From assembly GCA_021295655.1 (NCBI GenBank), contig JAGWBX010000047.1:26779-90778 (forward strand): a stretch of 64,000 nt of DNA, read 5' to 3'. Position numbers and translations under genes: made by a program. The notes beneath the pieces are model-generated. The model made no database searches and had not been told where the DNA came from. It was given only the letters and a program-made list of their open reading frames with translations. Each line of letters starts with the position of its first letter. The stretch's first letter is position 1. This DNA comes from Candidatus Latescibacterota bacterium. Lineage in GTDB: Bacteria > Latescibacterota > UBA2968 > GCA-2709665. This document shows, piece by piece, positions 10,829 through 21,030 of this stretch.

Positions 10829-11377
10829 TTGAATCTCCTTCGTGCCTACGTCGGCCTTGCGAATCGGCTGAACGAGCGTATTGGCGTTGCCGTTTCCTGG
10901 CTCACCACGGTCCTCGTGGCGGTTGTCTGTTACGACGTGTTCACGCGATACCTGCTGAAGAGCAGCCTGGTGGCGGTGCAGGAACTGCAATGGCATCTGT
11001 TTGCAGTGATTTTCCTCACGGGCGCCGCCTACACCCTGAAACATGGCAAGCATGTTCGGGTGGATGTCTTCTACAACCGCTTTTCGGAGAAAACGAGGGC
11101 GTGGGTGGACTTCGCCGGAAGTCTGGTCTTTCTCATACCGTTCTGCCTGGTCGCTATCTGGTGTTCTCACACGTTCGTCATCAACGCCTTCATGATCGGC
11201 GAAGGTTCGCCCGATCCTGGCGGACTGCCCGCGCGGTTCATTCTGAAAGCCATCATTCCCATCGGATTTTTCCTGCTGGCCATACAGGGCCTGGCGCTGG
11301 CTTTTGGCTCGCTGCTCAAGATCGCGGACAAACCGGCGATCGACCCTGAAACCGAAAACCAGGGGGCCGACGCATGA
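10829..11377 (+). CDS. TRAP transporter small permease (DctQ family)
   Basis: 182-aa, 4-TM ORF with a DctQ-type N-terminus (LANRLNERIGVAVSWLTTVLV). TTG start. Overlaps the large permease gene by 4 nt. Confidence 0.8.
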   Translation: MNLLRAYVGLANRLNERIGVAVSWLTTVLVAVVCYDVFTRYLLKSSLVAVQELQWHLFAVIFLTGAAYTLKHGKHVRVDVFYNRFSEKTRAWVDFAGSLVFLIPFCLVAIWCSHTFVINAFMIGEGSPDPGGLPARFILKAIIPIGFFLLAIQGLALAFGSLLKIADKPAIDPETENQGADA

Positions 11378-12693
11378 TCGAAGCCATGCCGCTCATCCTG
11401 TTCGGGGTCCTGTTTGTACTGCTTCTGTTCGGTTTCCCGGTGGCATTCACCCTGGGCGGCGTTTCGTTCATCCTCGGGTATCTCACGTTCGGCATCGATT
11501 TTTTCAATCTGCTCCCCCTGCGCATCTGGGGCGTGATGACCAATTACGTGCTCATCGCGGTCCCCCTGTTCGTCTATATGGGCGTGATGCTCGAGAAATC
11601 GGGGCTGGCGGAGGAACTGCTGGAAACGATGGCGCTGCTATTCGGCAAGTTGCGCGGCGGACTGGCCATTTCCGTGATTGTCGTGGGCGCCCTTTTGGGT
11701 GCATCCACAGGAATTGTCGGTGCTACCGTGGTCACCATGGGTCTGCTGAGCCTGCCCACCATGCTCAGACGCGGTTATCGCACAGAACTCGCCACCGGTA
11801 CCATCTCCGCGTCCGGCACGCTGGGTCAGATCATCCCGCCCAGCATCGTCCTGGTGCTGCTGGGCAGCATCCTGAATATCTCCATTGGCGACATGTTCAT
11901 CGCAGCGGTGATTCCGGGCATATGTCTGGTGGGTCTCTACCTGGCCTGGATCGTGATTGTCGCCATTGCGAAGCCGGAATCCGCGCCCGCCATGCCCAGA
12001 GAAGATCTGGACAGGTTTGTGGGCGCCGTCAGGATCAAACAGACCATTCACGCCTTCCTGCTGCCCGGTTTGCTCATAACCGCCGTCCTGGGATCCATCT
12101 TCGCCGGTGTCGCGTCTCCCACCGAAGCCGCCGCGGTGGGCGCCCTCGGCGCCACCGTCCTTACGGTGTGCAAGCGGAAGCTATCCCTCGATACCCTCAA
12201 GTCGGTCATGGCCGAGACCACCCACCTGACCTGCATGGTCTTCATCATACTGGTTGGCGCTACCGCCTTCGGTCTGGTCTTCAGGGGATTGCAGGGCGAC
12301 GCGTATCTCACCCGGCTGATCGTGGAAGCCAACCCGGGGCCACACGTTTTCCTCGCGCTCGTTATGGTCATTATTTTTGTGGCCGGATTCTTTATTGATT
12401 TCATCGAAATCACGTTTATTATCGTTCCGGTTGTCGCGCCGATTTTCGCACATCTGGGTGTGGACCTTCTCTGGGTGGGCATCCTCATTGCGATGAACCT
12501 GCAGACGTCGTTTCTGACGCCGCCGTTCGGATTTTCCCTGTTCTACCTGAAGGGCGTCGCGCCGCCCGAAGTCCGGACCGGCCATATCTATCGCGGCATC
12601 ATACCTTTTATCGTTGTCCAGCTGATCGGCCTGACCCTGGTTATCGTCTTTCCCGAAGCGGCCACGTGGCTGCCGCGGTACCTGGCGTCCTGA
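11374..12693 (+). CDS. TRAP transporter large permease (DctM family)
   Basis: 439-aa polytopic membrane ORF with a typical DctM layout, directly coupled to the small permease. Confidence 0.85.
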   Translation: MIEAMPLILFGVLFVLLLFGFPVAFTLGGVSFILGYLTFGIDFFNLLPLRIWGVMTNYVLIAVPLFVYMGVMLEKSGLAEELLETMALLFGKLRGGLAISVIVVGALLGASTGIVGATVVTMGLLSLPTMLRRGYRTELATGTISASGTLGQIIPPSIVLVLLGSILNISIGDMFIAAVIPGICLVGLYLAWIVIVAIAKPESAPAMPREDLDRFVGAVRIKQTIHAFLLPGLLITAVLGSIFAGVASPTEAAAVGALGATVLTVCKRKLSLDTLKSVMAETTHLTCMVFIILVGATAFGLVFRGLQGDAYLTRLIVEANPGPHVFLALVMVIIFVAGFFIDFIEITFIIVPVVAPIFAHLGVDLLWVGILIAMNLQTSFLTPPFGFSLFYLKGVAPPEVRTGHIYRGIIPFIVVQLIGLTLVIVFPEAATWLPRYLAS

Positions 12694-12768
12694 TGGTTCC
12701 GAAACAGGAAAGGGACGCGGTTTGCACGCGACCCTATAGAATACCACATCTGTCGTTAACGACCGCTG

Positions 12769-13890
12769 CTACCCGCCGATAGCGGAATAATACAGCTTCT
12801 CCGAAAGCGCCGCCCACGGATCGATTTTCTTCCGGAACGCGTCGAAAGAAGCATAGACCTTTTTGCTCATCGGATCGGCTTCAGCCACCTCGTTTTCAAC
12901 TTCCACGGAGAATCCGCGTAGCGTCTCGAGGACCTCGTCCGAAAACCTGCGCAACTCGACGTTGTGTTCTCTGGTGAGTTTTTCAAGATAGACGCTGTTT
13001 TTTGCCTCGAATTCAGAAAGGATCCAGGAGTTGGAGCGGGCGGCGGCCGTCTCCACCAACCGTTGCAGATCCGATGGCAGTTGTCCGAAAGCGGTTTTGT
13101 TGATGATCAGCTCCAGAGCGGTGCCCGGCTCGTGCCAGCCCGGATAGTAATAGTATTTCGCGGCCCTGAAGAATCCCATCAAAAAATCATGATAAGGTCC
13201 GATCCATTCGGTGGCGTCGATGACACCGCGTTCCAGGTTGGTGTAGATTTCGCCTCCGGCTGAAAGCACTGCGGACCCGCCGGCTTTGGCGATTACCTTT
13301 CCGCCCAGTCCCGGGATCCGCATTTTCAGGCCGTGAAAATCGTCGATACCGTTCATTTCACGATTATACCAGCCGCCCATCTGGACGCCGGTATTGCCCA
13401 CCGGCATCGCGACCAGATTGAACGGAGCATACAGTTCCTGCCAGAGTTCCAGCCCGCCGCCGCTGTAGATCCAGGCGTTGAGCTGCTGACCGTTCATGCC
13501 GAATGGAACCGCCGCGAAAAACTGCGTTGCCGGCGCTTTTCCGGCCCAGTAATACGCGGCGCCGTGGCACATCTCAACGGTTCCCTGGCTGACGGCATCG
13601 AAACCTTCGAGCGGTGGAATCAACTCGCCGCCGCCGTAGACCGTAATTTTCAATTGACCGCCGGACATCTCATCGATCCAACTGGCCAGCATGTCCGCGC
13701 CTTCGCCAAGAATGGGGAAATGCGGGGGCCAGGTGGTTACCATTTTCCACTCGAATTTCTTTCTGGTATGCACCGCGGGCGCGTCCGGTTTTTCGTTTGA
13801 GGCGGGGCTGCAGCCGCTCAGAGTCGCAACGCCCCCGGCAACCCCGACCGAAGCCTTTTTAAGAAAATCGCGTCGTTCGAACTTCTCCAT
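12769..13890 (-). CDS. TRAP transporter substrate-binding protein (DctP family) with Tat/lipoprotein signal
   Basis: 373-aa ORF with the twin-arginine motif RRDFLKKA followed by LSGC. The body resembles family-7 extracytoplasmic solute receptors. Convergent with the permease genes. Confidence 0.8.
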   Translation of the reverse strand: MEKFERRDFLKKASVGVAGGVATLSGCSPASNEKPDAPAVHTRKKFEWKMVTTWPPHFPILGEGADMLASWIDEMSGGQLKITVYGGGELIPPLEGFDAVSQGTVEMCHGAAYYWAGKAPATQFFAAVPFGMNGQQLNAWIYSGGGLELWQELYAPFNLVAMPVGNTGVQMGGWYNREMNGIDDFHGLKMRIPGLGGKVIAKAGGSAVLSAGGEIYTNLERGVIDATEWIGPYHDFLMGFFRAAKYYYYPGWHEPGTALELIINKTAFGQLPSDLQRLVETAAARSNSWILSEFEAKNSVYLEKLTREHNVELRRFSDEVLETLRGFSVEVENEVAEADPMSKKVYASFDAFRKKIDPWAALSEKLYYSAIGG

Positions 13891-14033
13891 TTAACGCCTC
13901 CACGGAATGATCTGTCGCGACTGGGGAAGGTTGTCAATCAACGGGACAAGGTAGGCCGCGCAGGCCCCTATCGCAAGAATAATGAGAACCCCCGTTCACC
14001 TCTTTTTCGGTGAGCCGGGGTCGGGAGAGCGCA

Positions 14034-16769
14034 ATGAGCAAAACCGACAGGAAGCTTTACCTGCTGGACGGAATGGCGCTGGTATACCGGGCCCATTTTT
14101 CCATGATCCGCAATCCGCGCATGTCCTCCACCGGCCTGAATACATCGACTGTATTCGTGCTCACCAACACCCTTCTGGACATTCTGAATAAGGCGGAACC
14201 CTCGCACATCGGTGTCGTTTTCGACACGCCCGAGCCGACCCACCGGCACAGGATGTTTCCCGAATACAAGGCCCAGCGAGAAGCCATGCCGGAGGATCTC
14301 AGCGCTGCGCTCCCGTACGTCTTCCGCCTGTGCGAGGCGTTCAACCTACCCGTTGTGAGGGTTCCCGGATGGGAAGCGGACGATGTGATCGGAACCCTTG
14401 CCAGACAGGCGGAGAACGCCGGCTTTACCACCTTTATGGTGACACCCGACAAGGACTACGGACAACTGGTCTCGGACCGCACCTTTGTCTGCAAACCGGG
14501 GCGCACCGGTGACGTGGAAGTCCAGGGCGTCAAGGAAATCCTGGAAAAGTGGCAGATCGAACGCGTGGACCAGGTGATAGACGTCCTGGGCCTGATGGGC
14601 GACAGTTCAGACAACGTGCCCGGAGTGCCGGGTGTGGGCGAAAAAACCGCCCAGAAACTCATTGGAAAGTACGGAAGCATTGAAAACCTGCTCGAGCACG
14701 TGGACGAACTCAAAGGAAAACAGAAGGAACGCGTTGAAGAGAACCGCGAACAGGCGTTACTCTCCAAAGAACTGGTCACGATAGACCGCGACGTGACGCT
14801 GGACGTTAAACCTGACGACCTGGCACGCGCGGACTGGAATGAAGAAAAACTGAAAGCTCTGTTTATCGAGCTCGAATTCAATACCCTGGGCCAGCGCCTG
14901 TTCGGTGAAGCGTTCACAGCGGGTCCCACGGCCGCGACCGACGATGACGGAGGTGACGTCCGCACCATCGACGACGTGGAACATGACTATAAACTGGTGG
15001 ATACCGCGGAATCCCGCCGGGAGCTGATTATCGCTCTGAGCGAACAGAACACGTTTTGTTTCGACATCGAAACCACGAGTCTGAATCCCAAGACCTGCGA
15101 CTTGATCGGCCTGGCCTTTTCTTACAAACCGCAGACCGGATTCTACGTGCCCCTGCCCCAGGGACCGGACGAAGCGCTCGCGGTTCTTGAAACGTTTCGG
15201 CCCGTTCTGGAGAATCCCGACGTCGAGAAAATCGGCCATCACCTGAAGTTCGATCTCAGCGTGTTGCGCTGGAAGGGCTTTCGAGTCAACGGCCCGCTGT
15301 TCGACACCATGCTCGCCGCGTATCTGGCGACACCGGACCTTCGCCGCTCCATGGACTATCTCTCCGAAGCGCTGCTGGGATACCGCCCCATTCCGATATC
15401 CGACCTCATCGGCGAAAAGGGCGAGGACCAGTTGAGCCTGACCGACGTCCCCCTGGACCGGGTAACCACGTACGCGGCGGAAGATGCGGACATCACGCTT
15501 CAGTTGAGCGAAATCCTGAGGTCCAGGCTGGAAGAAATGGGGCAGGTGCGGGTGTTCCGGGACGTGGAATGTCCACTTATCCCGGCCCTGGTCGAAATGG
15601 AATACGAAGGCATCCGGTGTGAAGCCGGCGTGCTTCGAGACCTGTCAGAAGGGCTTTCGGGTGAAATCGAACGTGCCAGGGAAAGTATCTTCCAACTGGC
15701 GGGAGAAAACTTCGATCTCAACTCGCCGAAGCAGTTGGGGGACATCCTCTTCGACAAGCTGAAACTCGATCCGAATGCGCGGCGCACAGCGAGGACCAAA
15801 CAGTACCAGACCACGGAGCAGGTTCTGCGGCGGCTGGCGTACAAACATGAGATCGTGGAACAGGTGATGTTCTACCGCATGTGCACGAAGTTGAAATCGA
15901 CCTACGTCGACCAGTTGCCCGGGTCGATCTTCAAACCCACGGGCCGAATACATACCAACTACGAAGCGGCGGTTGCCGCCACGGGCCGCCTGCAGTCTCA
16001 CGGTCCGAATATGCAGAATATTCCAATCCGAACCGAAATGGGCAGGGAAATCCGAAAAGCATTTGTGCCCAGAGACAGGAACCACGTCTTGCTTGCCGCC
16101 GACTACTCGCAGATCGAACTCCGGGTTGCCGCGGAACTCAGCGGGGACGCAGCCCTGACGGACGTCTTCCGGCAAGGAGGCGATATCCACAGCGCGACCG
16201 CTGAGAGAATCTATGGCATCGAAGGGGCAACCGAAGACATGCGACGCCACGCGAAAACCGTCAATTTCGGGATCATCTACGGGATCTCGGCGTTCGGCCT
16301 CGCCGATCGCCTGGACATTTCCCGAAAGCAGGCCGCGGACCTCATCGCCCATTATTTCGATCAGTTTCCCGGCATCCGGACTTACATGGACGAAACCATC
16401 GAGTTCGCCCGGGAAAACGGTTACGTGGAAACGGTCACCGGACGCCGCCGCTATCTGCGCGATATCAACTCCCGAAACGCCACCACACGGAAGGGAGAAG
16501 AGCGAAACGCCATCAACTCGCGCATCCAGGGCACGGCCGCGGATATGATTAAAATCGCGATGAGCCATATTCATCGCGAGATTCTGGAACGCGGTCTCAG
16601 ATCGCGAATGCTCCTGCAGGTACACGACGAACTGGTTTTCGATATGCACAAAGACGAAGCCGACGTCCTCCCGGGCATTGTGGAGAACGGGATGAAGACC
16701 GCCATTCCAATGCAGGTCCCCATCGTGGTGGAGATGGGCACGGGGACGAACTGGCTTGATGCGCACTGA
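14034..16769 (+). CDS. polA: DNA polymerase I
   Basis: 5'-nuclease N-terminus (KLYLLDGMALVYRAHF), a 3'-5' exonuclease region, and pol motifs (DYSQIELR, KTVNFGIIYG, QVHDELVF). The ORF opens at 14010; the ATG at 14034 is preferred. Confidence 0.95.
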   Translation: MSKTDRKLYLLDGMALVYRAHFSMIRNPRMSSTGLNTSTVFVLTNTLLDILNKAEPSHIGVVFDTPEPTHRHRMFPEYKAQREAMPEDLSAALPYVFRLCEAFNLPVVRVPGWEADDVIGTLARQAENAGFTTFMVTPDKDYGQLVSDRTFVCKPGRTGDVEVQGVKEILEKWQIERVDQVIDVLGLMGDSSDNVPGVPGVGEKTAQKLIGKYGSIENLLEHVDELKGKQKERVEENREQALLSKELVTIDRDVTLDVKPDDLARADWNEEKLKALFIELEFNTLGQRLFGEAFTAGPTAATDDDGGDVRTIDDVEHDYKLVDTAESRRELIIALSEQNTFCFDIETTSLNPKTCDLIGLAFSYKPQTGFYVPLPQGPDEALAVLETFRPVLENPDVEKIGHHLKFDLSVLRWKGFRVNGPLFDTMLAAYLATPDLRRSMDYLSEALLGYRPIPISDLIGEKGEDQLSLTDVPLDRVTTYAAEDADITLQLSEILRSRLEEMGQVRVFRDVECPLIPALVEMEYEGIRCEAGVLRDLSEGLSGEIERARESIFQLAGENFDLNSPKQLGDILFDKLKLDPNARRTARTKQYQTTEQVLRRLAYKHEIVEQVMFYRMCTKLKSTYVDQLPGSIFKPTGRIHTNYEAAVAATGRLQSHGPNMQNIPIRTEMGREIRKAFVPRDRNHVLLAADYSQIELRVAAELSGDAALTDVFRQGGDIHSATAERIYGIEGATEDMRRHAKTVNFGIIYGISAFGLADRLDISRKQAADLIAHYFDQFPGIRTYMDETIEFARENGYVETVTGRRRYLRDINSRNATTRKGEERNAINSRIQGTAADMIKIAMSHIHREILERGLRSRMLLQVHDELVFDMHKDEADVLPGIVENGMKTAIPMQVPIVVEMGTGTNWLDAH

Positions 16770-16848
16770 TTTGAGGCGCCTGCGATAATGGCCGCCATCT
16801 GACCCCATCGAGCAGATGCGCGCGGCGCCGGGTTTTACTGGTTGGCGG

Positions 16849-16876
16849 TTGACAGCAACCGATTTTGGATTAGATT
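16849..16876 (+). promoter_or_regulatory. Candidate sigma70-type promoter (TTGACA-N16-TAGATT)
   Basis: TTGACA at 16849-16854 and TAGATT at 16871-16876, about 100 nt upstream of the Cache-protein ATG. Confidence 0.35.
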
Positions 16877-16976
16877 TTTTTAGTGGGAAATGCGCGAAAA
16901 TGAAACGGCCTCGCCGCCGCCGGCCACGCAATTTGCGACGATCAGGGCGTATGTCGACTTGAGATCCGGAGATTCC

Positions 16977-18158
16977 ATGAAAACCATCATATGTATAGGC
17001 CTGTTGGGGTGCCTTCTGGGCGCCGCCAATGTCTTTACCGGTGCGGGCCCAGCCATAGCGCAGGAAACGGCGGCAACCGCCGGCGACGTCACGGACCCTG
17101 CATCTCTTCGGGCGTTCGTGGAATACGCGAAAACGCAACTGGATGACATCGCCGACGCCGCCGAACTGGCCGTCCTTTGGGGCAGCATGCGCCTCGAGGG
17201 AGACTGGAAGTCAGGGAATACGTACCTGATTATTCTCAACAGCCGGGGGTCGGTGCTGTTCCACGCCGATCAGCCCGACGCCGAGGGAAAGACCCTCCGG
17301 GGCATTGTCGACGCGAGGAGAGACAGCATTGGAAAGAATTTCCTGACGGAGGCGGCTGCCGGAGGCGGGTTCATCGGGTACTACTGGGACGATCCTGCGA
17401 TGGAGGGTGACGATAGCGGCCATCCCAAGGTGGCCTATGCCACGCAGTTTTTCTCGGAGGTAACGGACGAAGATTATATTCTGGTCGGTGGCTATTACCA
17501 GGACCTGTCGGATCTGCCCGCCGGTGATCCCGTTTCCGTACCCCGTCCAGACGTCACGGCGGGCGATGTGGTGGACCGCGAGACCCTGAAGGCCTTTGTC
17601 GAAAGCGCCCTCAAGGCCTTTTCCGTTGCGCTTGAGCGAATCGGACTGGAGAAGCTTACGACCATTCAGGAGGTCTTCAGAGTCGAAGGCGGGCACTGGA
17701 AGCACGGCTCGATCTATGCCTTCGTTTTTACAACCGGCGGGTATCTGGTCTTTCACGGGGCGGAACCCGAGCGCGAGGGGAGAGTCATCAACGTGGACGT
17801 TGAAGACGCCAACGGCGTAAAGATCGTACAGGAAATCATGAAGGCTGCGCGGGAAGGCGGTGGCTACGTCGAGTACGTGTGGGACGATCCGACGGTGGAC
17901 GAGGACGGAGACGGCGAGTTGCTGGGCGATACGGTGGGCTCATTCAAGGTGAGTTACGCGTTGCTCCACACCCATCTCGGCGAAGAATACATTATTGGCG
18001 CCGGCATCTATCGGCGCGGGCCCGACTTCGACGAGGACGGTGCGGTGAATTTCAGCGACTTTCTTCTGTATCTCGGCGACCATCCGGTATTCCCCGGCGC
18101 TGGTTGTCGAGTAAGGGCACAGGCCCACGCGCAGCGTTCGTTCAATATCGGCCCATGA
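16977..18158 (+). CDS. Secreted protein with two tandem single-Cache (sCache_2-like) domains and no output domain
   Basis: Signal peptide MKTIICIGLLGCLLGAANVFTGAGPAIAQ. Two repeats of the pattern GxW..G..Y.....GxxxFH......G......D..G......A..GGGxxxYxWDDP. The C-terminus has a dockerin/EF-hand-like DEDGAVNFSDFLLY motif. Confidence 0.65.
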   Translation: MKTIICIGLLGCLLGAANVFTGAGPAIAQETAATAGDVTDPASLRAFVEYAKTQLDDIADAAELAVLWGSMRLEGDWKSGNTYLIILNSRGSVLFHADQPDAEGKTLRGIVDARRDSIGKNFLTEAAAGGGFIGYYWDDPAMEGDDSGHPKVAYATQFFSEVTDEDYILVGGYYQDLSDLPAGDPVSVPRPDVTAGDVVDRETLKAFVESALKAFSVALERIGLEKLTTIQEVFRVEGGHWKHGSIYAFVFTTGGYLVFHGAEPEREGRVINVDVEDANGVKIVQEIMKAAREGGGYVEYVWDDPTVDEDGDGELLGDTVGSFKVSYALLHTHLGEEYIIGAGIYRRGPDFDEDGAVNFSDFLLYLGDHPVFPGAGCRVRAQAHAQRSFNIGP

Positions 18159-18342
18159 ATCGCCCTCTTTGCGCTGCCATTTGGACGTGTTTGTCGGTGA
18201 GCCAATTTGTCCTTTCCGTCCAGTTGTCTCCACCCGTCGACCTGTAAAGCGCCACCAGGGCGATGATTGCGACGAACAACGCCACCGCCACAGCGAAATA
18301 CCGGGTGGAACAACGTGAGGGCTGAATTCTCGATTCGGACAT
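18142..18342 (-). pseudogene. Possible remnant of a leucine-rich-repeat protein N-terminus
   Basis: 66-aa ORF with a TM/signal segment followed by ALVALYRSTGGDNWTERTNWLTD, the cap motif that normally precedes bacterial LRR arrays. It then stops, overlapping the convergent Cache gene end. Confidence 0.3.
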
Positions 18343-18784
18343 GGTTTCGATTCTCCGGATGCATTCTAATCGTTCTATTTTCTCACATCAAGGATTCCCC
18401 AGATTTCGACAAGGGTCCGGCGTCCCGTCCCGGAGGCATGTTGCCACGCGTCCGCCGAGTCAACCCGTCTCCGCCGCGTTGCATCCGTCCTTTGGACTCG
18501 CTTTGTCAAGACGTGGTCAATGGCTTGTCGGAAGGCCCCGGCACGACGACATTGCGTATGTCGCCTCGCAGAAGTCTTTGCAGGCGCGGCGCGTTTGCAG
18601 GGCGTACCAGGGTTTGGCCCCAACATTATCGACTCGTCAAATTATACAACAAAACTGTTGACAGCAGATCTGTTGTAGAATCGACCCGGTTGATCCAGGA
18701 CGTGTCCCGTAAGTCCTTTGTCGGTAGTCCTGCCCGCCTCGTTTTCGTCTGGCGCTGGCGGTCCGAGATGAGAGTGTAGCTGCT

Positions 18785-19099
18785 ATGAATGTGTTTTGCT
18801 CGGTGTATGCCTCATTGCCTTCTGACAGCGAAGTTGGATTGAACTGGATGATAAAGCTCGTGCCCAACCTGCTCGCAGCCGGGGCCTCAGAACAGGAGCT
18901 CGTTGCAGTTCTTCTGACCGATCCCTCGAAATCCCGTGCGTTGGCGCCGCTGATCGTCGCCCTTCGCGAGCGCCAGGGCGAGACGGTTCGCGCGCCAGCG
19001 GAAGTTCGGGAGGTAGCCGCTGACGTGAGAGAACGCATCGAAAAACGAGTAAGCCATTGGTCAAAAGCGACGGCGGGTTCCTGTGGAGGTGGATTATGA
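18785..19099 (+). CDS. Hypothetical protein (weak call)
   Basis: 104-aa ORF in an otherwise gene-poor 1-kb stretch. Non-repetitive composition but no recognisable motif. Confidence 0.2.
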   Translation: MNVFCSVYASLPSDSEVGLNWMIKLVPNLLAAGASEQELVAVLLTDPSKSRALAPLIVALRERQGETVRAPAEVREVAADVRERIEKRVSHWSKATAGSCGGGL

Positions 19100-19364
19100 G
19101 CGTTCGGGTCGGCGTATATCGGCAAATCTGCATTAAACGGAGTTGACAGGTACGGATTTGTGCAATAGATTTCGCATGCGATCTGAACTTGCACTCGACT
19201 TTTGAGCGATTCGAACGGTTCTCAGGCAGGCGGTTTCCTGGCGTCCAGGCGAATGATGTTCCTGAAATAAACCATGCCTGACGCTGCAGCGGGAAAGACG
19301 GGCCGCCCCGAACGTGAGGCGGCCCTTTCCGTTCCAATCGATCACCCAAGGGAAGGAAGTAAAC

Positions 19365-20270
19365 ATGCCCCGATTATGCGCAATTGCCCTGACGGTCCTG
19401 GCTGCGCTCGGATCCGTCCCGCCGGCGGTCGCGGAGACGCCGGACTTTTACGCGCACTGGGCGGACGGCAAGGCGGAAATCTCCAGCTATCGCGTGGAGC
19501 AGCCTCGTTACGGAGCGTCACGCGAGGGATACGGCGTTCTCATTTTCGTCACCGAAGACCTGAACCGGAACACCTACATCAAAGTCGAGTCGCCAACGCC
19601 GCCGGCGAAAAGAGTTTACGTTCTCAAACTGAACAACGTGTTGAAGTTCACCACCGGCATCTACGACTATTCGGTCATGACATCCGTCTTCAGCGCCGTT
19701 GAAGGTCTGGACGGTTCAAACCCGTTTGAACTGATAAAAGTGAATCTGAGTTCGCAGGAATGGTGCGGACATATTTTCGATGAAATTCGCGTGGATGAAG
19801 GCAAACTGCGCGGCGCCCTGAACAGTTATTTTGAACGCGAAGGCCTGCGTACATACAGTCTGGACATGCCCGAAGGTTTTCAGAGCGAAGACCATCTTCT
19901 CATACAGATCCGGGAGCTCAAAGGGCCCATGATGCAGACCGGCGAATCGCGGCCGGTCCGGCTTCTGCGCAGCCTCTGGTCATTCCGGACGCGCCACCGT
20001 CCCCACGCCCTGGTGGACGCACGGTTGAGCAAGGGACTGCCGCAGACGATCACCGTGTCGAACGAGAGCCACAGCGCCATTCCATGGCGCTGGGAAACAG
20101 ACGGGTGGAACACGACGGTCTGGGTGGAAACGGCGTACCCTCGCCGCATTTTGAAATGGGAGGACGGGGCGGGCGCCCGCGCGGAACTGATGGTGACAGT
20201 ACGCGAACCCTACTGGCGTCAAAAAGCGCTGAGCGACGAAGTCTACCGGAAGCGGTTGAGGATCCCCTGA
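19365..20270 (+). CDS. Hypothetical secreted protein
   Basis: The ATG at 19365 follows GGAAGGAAG. Signal peptide MPRLCAIALTVLAALGSVPPAVA. Coding-like composition, family not recognised. Confidence 0.6.
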   Translation: MPRLCAIALTVLAALGSVPPAVAETPDFYAHWADGKAEISSYRVEQPRYGASREGYGVLIFVTEDLNRNTYIKVESPTPPAKRVYVLKLNNVLKFTTGIYDYSVMTSVFSAVEGLDGSNPFELIKVNLSSQEWCGHIFDEIRVDEGKLRGALNSYFEREGLRTYSLDMPEGFQSEDHLLIQIRELKGPMMQTGESRPVRLLRSLWSFRTRHRPHALVDARLSKGLPQTITVSNESHSAIPWRWETDGWNTTVWVETAYPRRILKWEDGAGARAELMVTVREPYWRQKALSDEVYRKRLRIP

Positions 20271-20286
20271 ACCCCTGATTGGAGGA

Positions 20287-21030
20287 ATGAGAATGAAGCC
20301 GATCGAACAGGCGCGCGAAGCCATCGAACAGAGCGATATGGAAAGGCTGGAGGCGCTCATCGAGTCGCATCCGGACTTGCCCCACCTCAGGTCTGAAGAC
20401 AACGACCGCACGCTCCTGCATACGATTGCGGATTATCCCGGGCACAAACCGAAGGGCGTGGAGATGGCCAGGCTGGTCATTGAGGCGGGGGCGGACGTGA
20501 ATGCGCGTTTCCAGCATGGTCAGAATGAAGCGGTAAAGGAAACACCGCTGCACTGGGCGGCGAGCAACGACGACGTCGACCTGGCGGAACTGCTTCTGGA
20601 CGAAGGCGCGGATATCGATATTGACTGCGGCGTTATTGCCAACGGGACGCCGATATGGAATGCCGTTATTTTTCGATGTGTGAACGCCGCGCGGCTGTTG
20701 ATCGACCGTGGCGCGGCATCGAACCTCATGACAGCCGCCGGGGCCGGACGAAGAGACATGGTAGACCGGTTTTTTGACGAGGATGGAAACGTAACGGAAA
20801 GCGCTGGAGCCCTGCCCTGCTGGGATGAACCGAGGCCGCCGCAGACGGCCCTGGACAGCGCGTTCGGCCTGGCGTGTCGAAACGGCCATACGACGATCGC
20901 CAGAGTCCTTTACGAACGGGGCGCCGATCCGGACTGGGTCAACCCGGCCGGCGAAACCGCGTTTCTTCAGGCAAAGAGAGGCAATCACAAGATCGTTATC
21001 GACTGGATGAAGGCGCGCGGTGAATCCTGA
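20287..21030 (+). CDS. Ankyrin-repeat protein
   Basis: Several ANK consensus units (TLLHTIA..., TPLHWAASNDDVDLAELLLDEGADIDI, GHTTIARVLYERGADPD). Confidence 0.85.
   Translation: MRMKPIEQAREAIEQSDMERLEALIESHPDLPHLRSEDNDRTLLHTIADYPGHKPKGVEMARLVIEAGADVNARFQHGQNEAVKETPLHWAASNDDVDLAELLLDEGADIDIDCGVIANGTPIWNAVIFRCVNAARLLIDRGAASNLMTAAGAGRRDMVDRFFDEDGNVTESAGALPCWDEPRPPQTALDSAFGLACRNGHTTIARVLYERGADPDWVNPAGETAFLQAKRGNHKIVIDWMKARGES

Noticed and set aside
15645-17138. 497-aa ORF on the minus strand
   Set aside because: It is antisense to the 3' half of polA and runs through the polA/Cache intergenic region. It has no recognisable domain.
20050-20988. 312-aa minus-strand ORF
   Set aside because: It is antisense to the ankyrin-repeat gene and to the 3' end of the secreted-protein gene. 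It is a shadow ORF.
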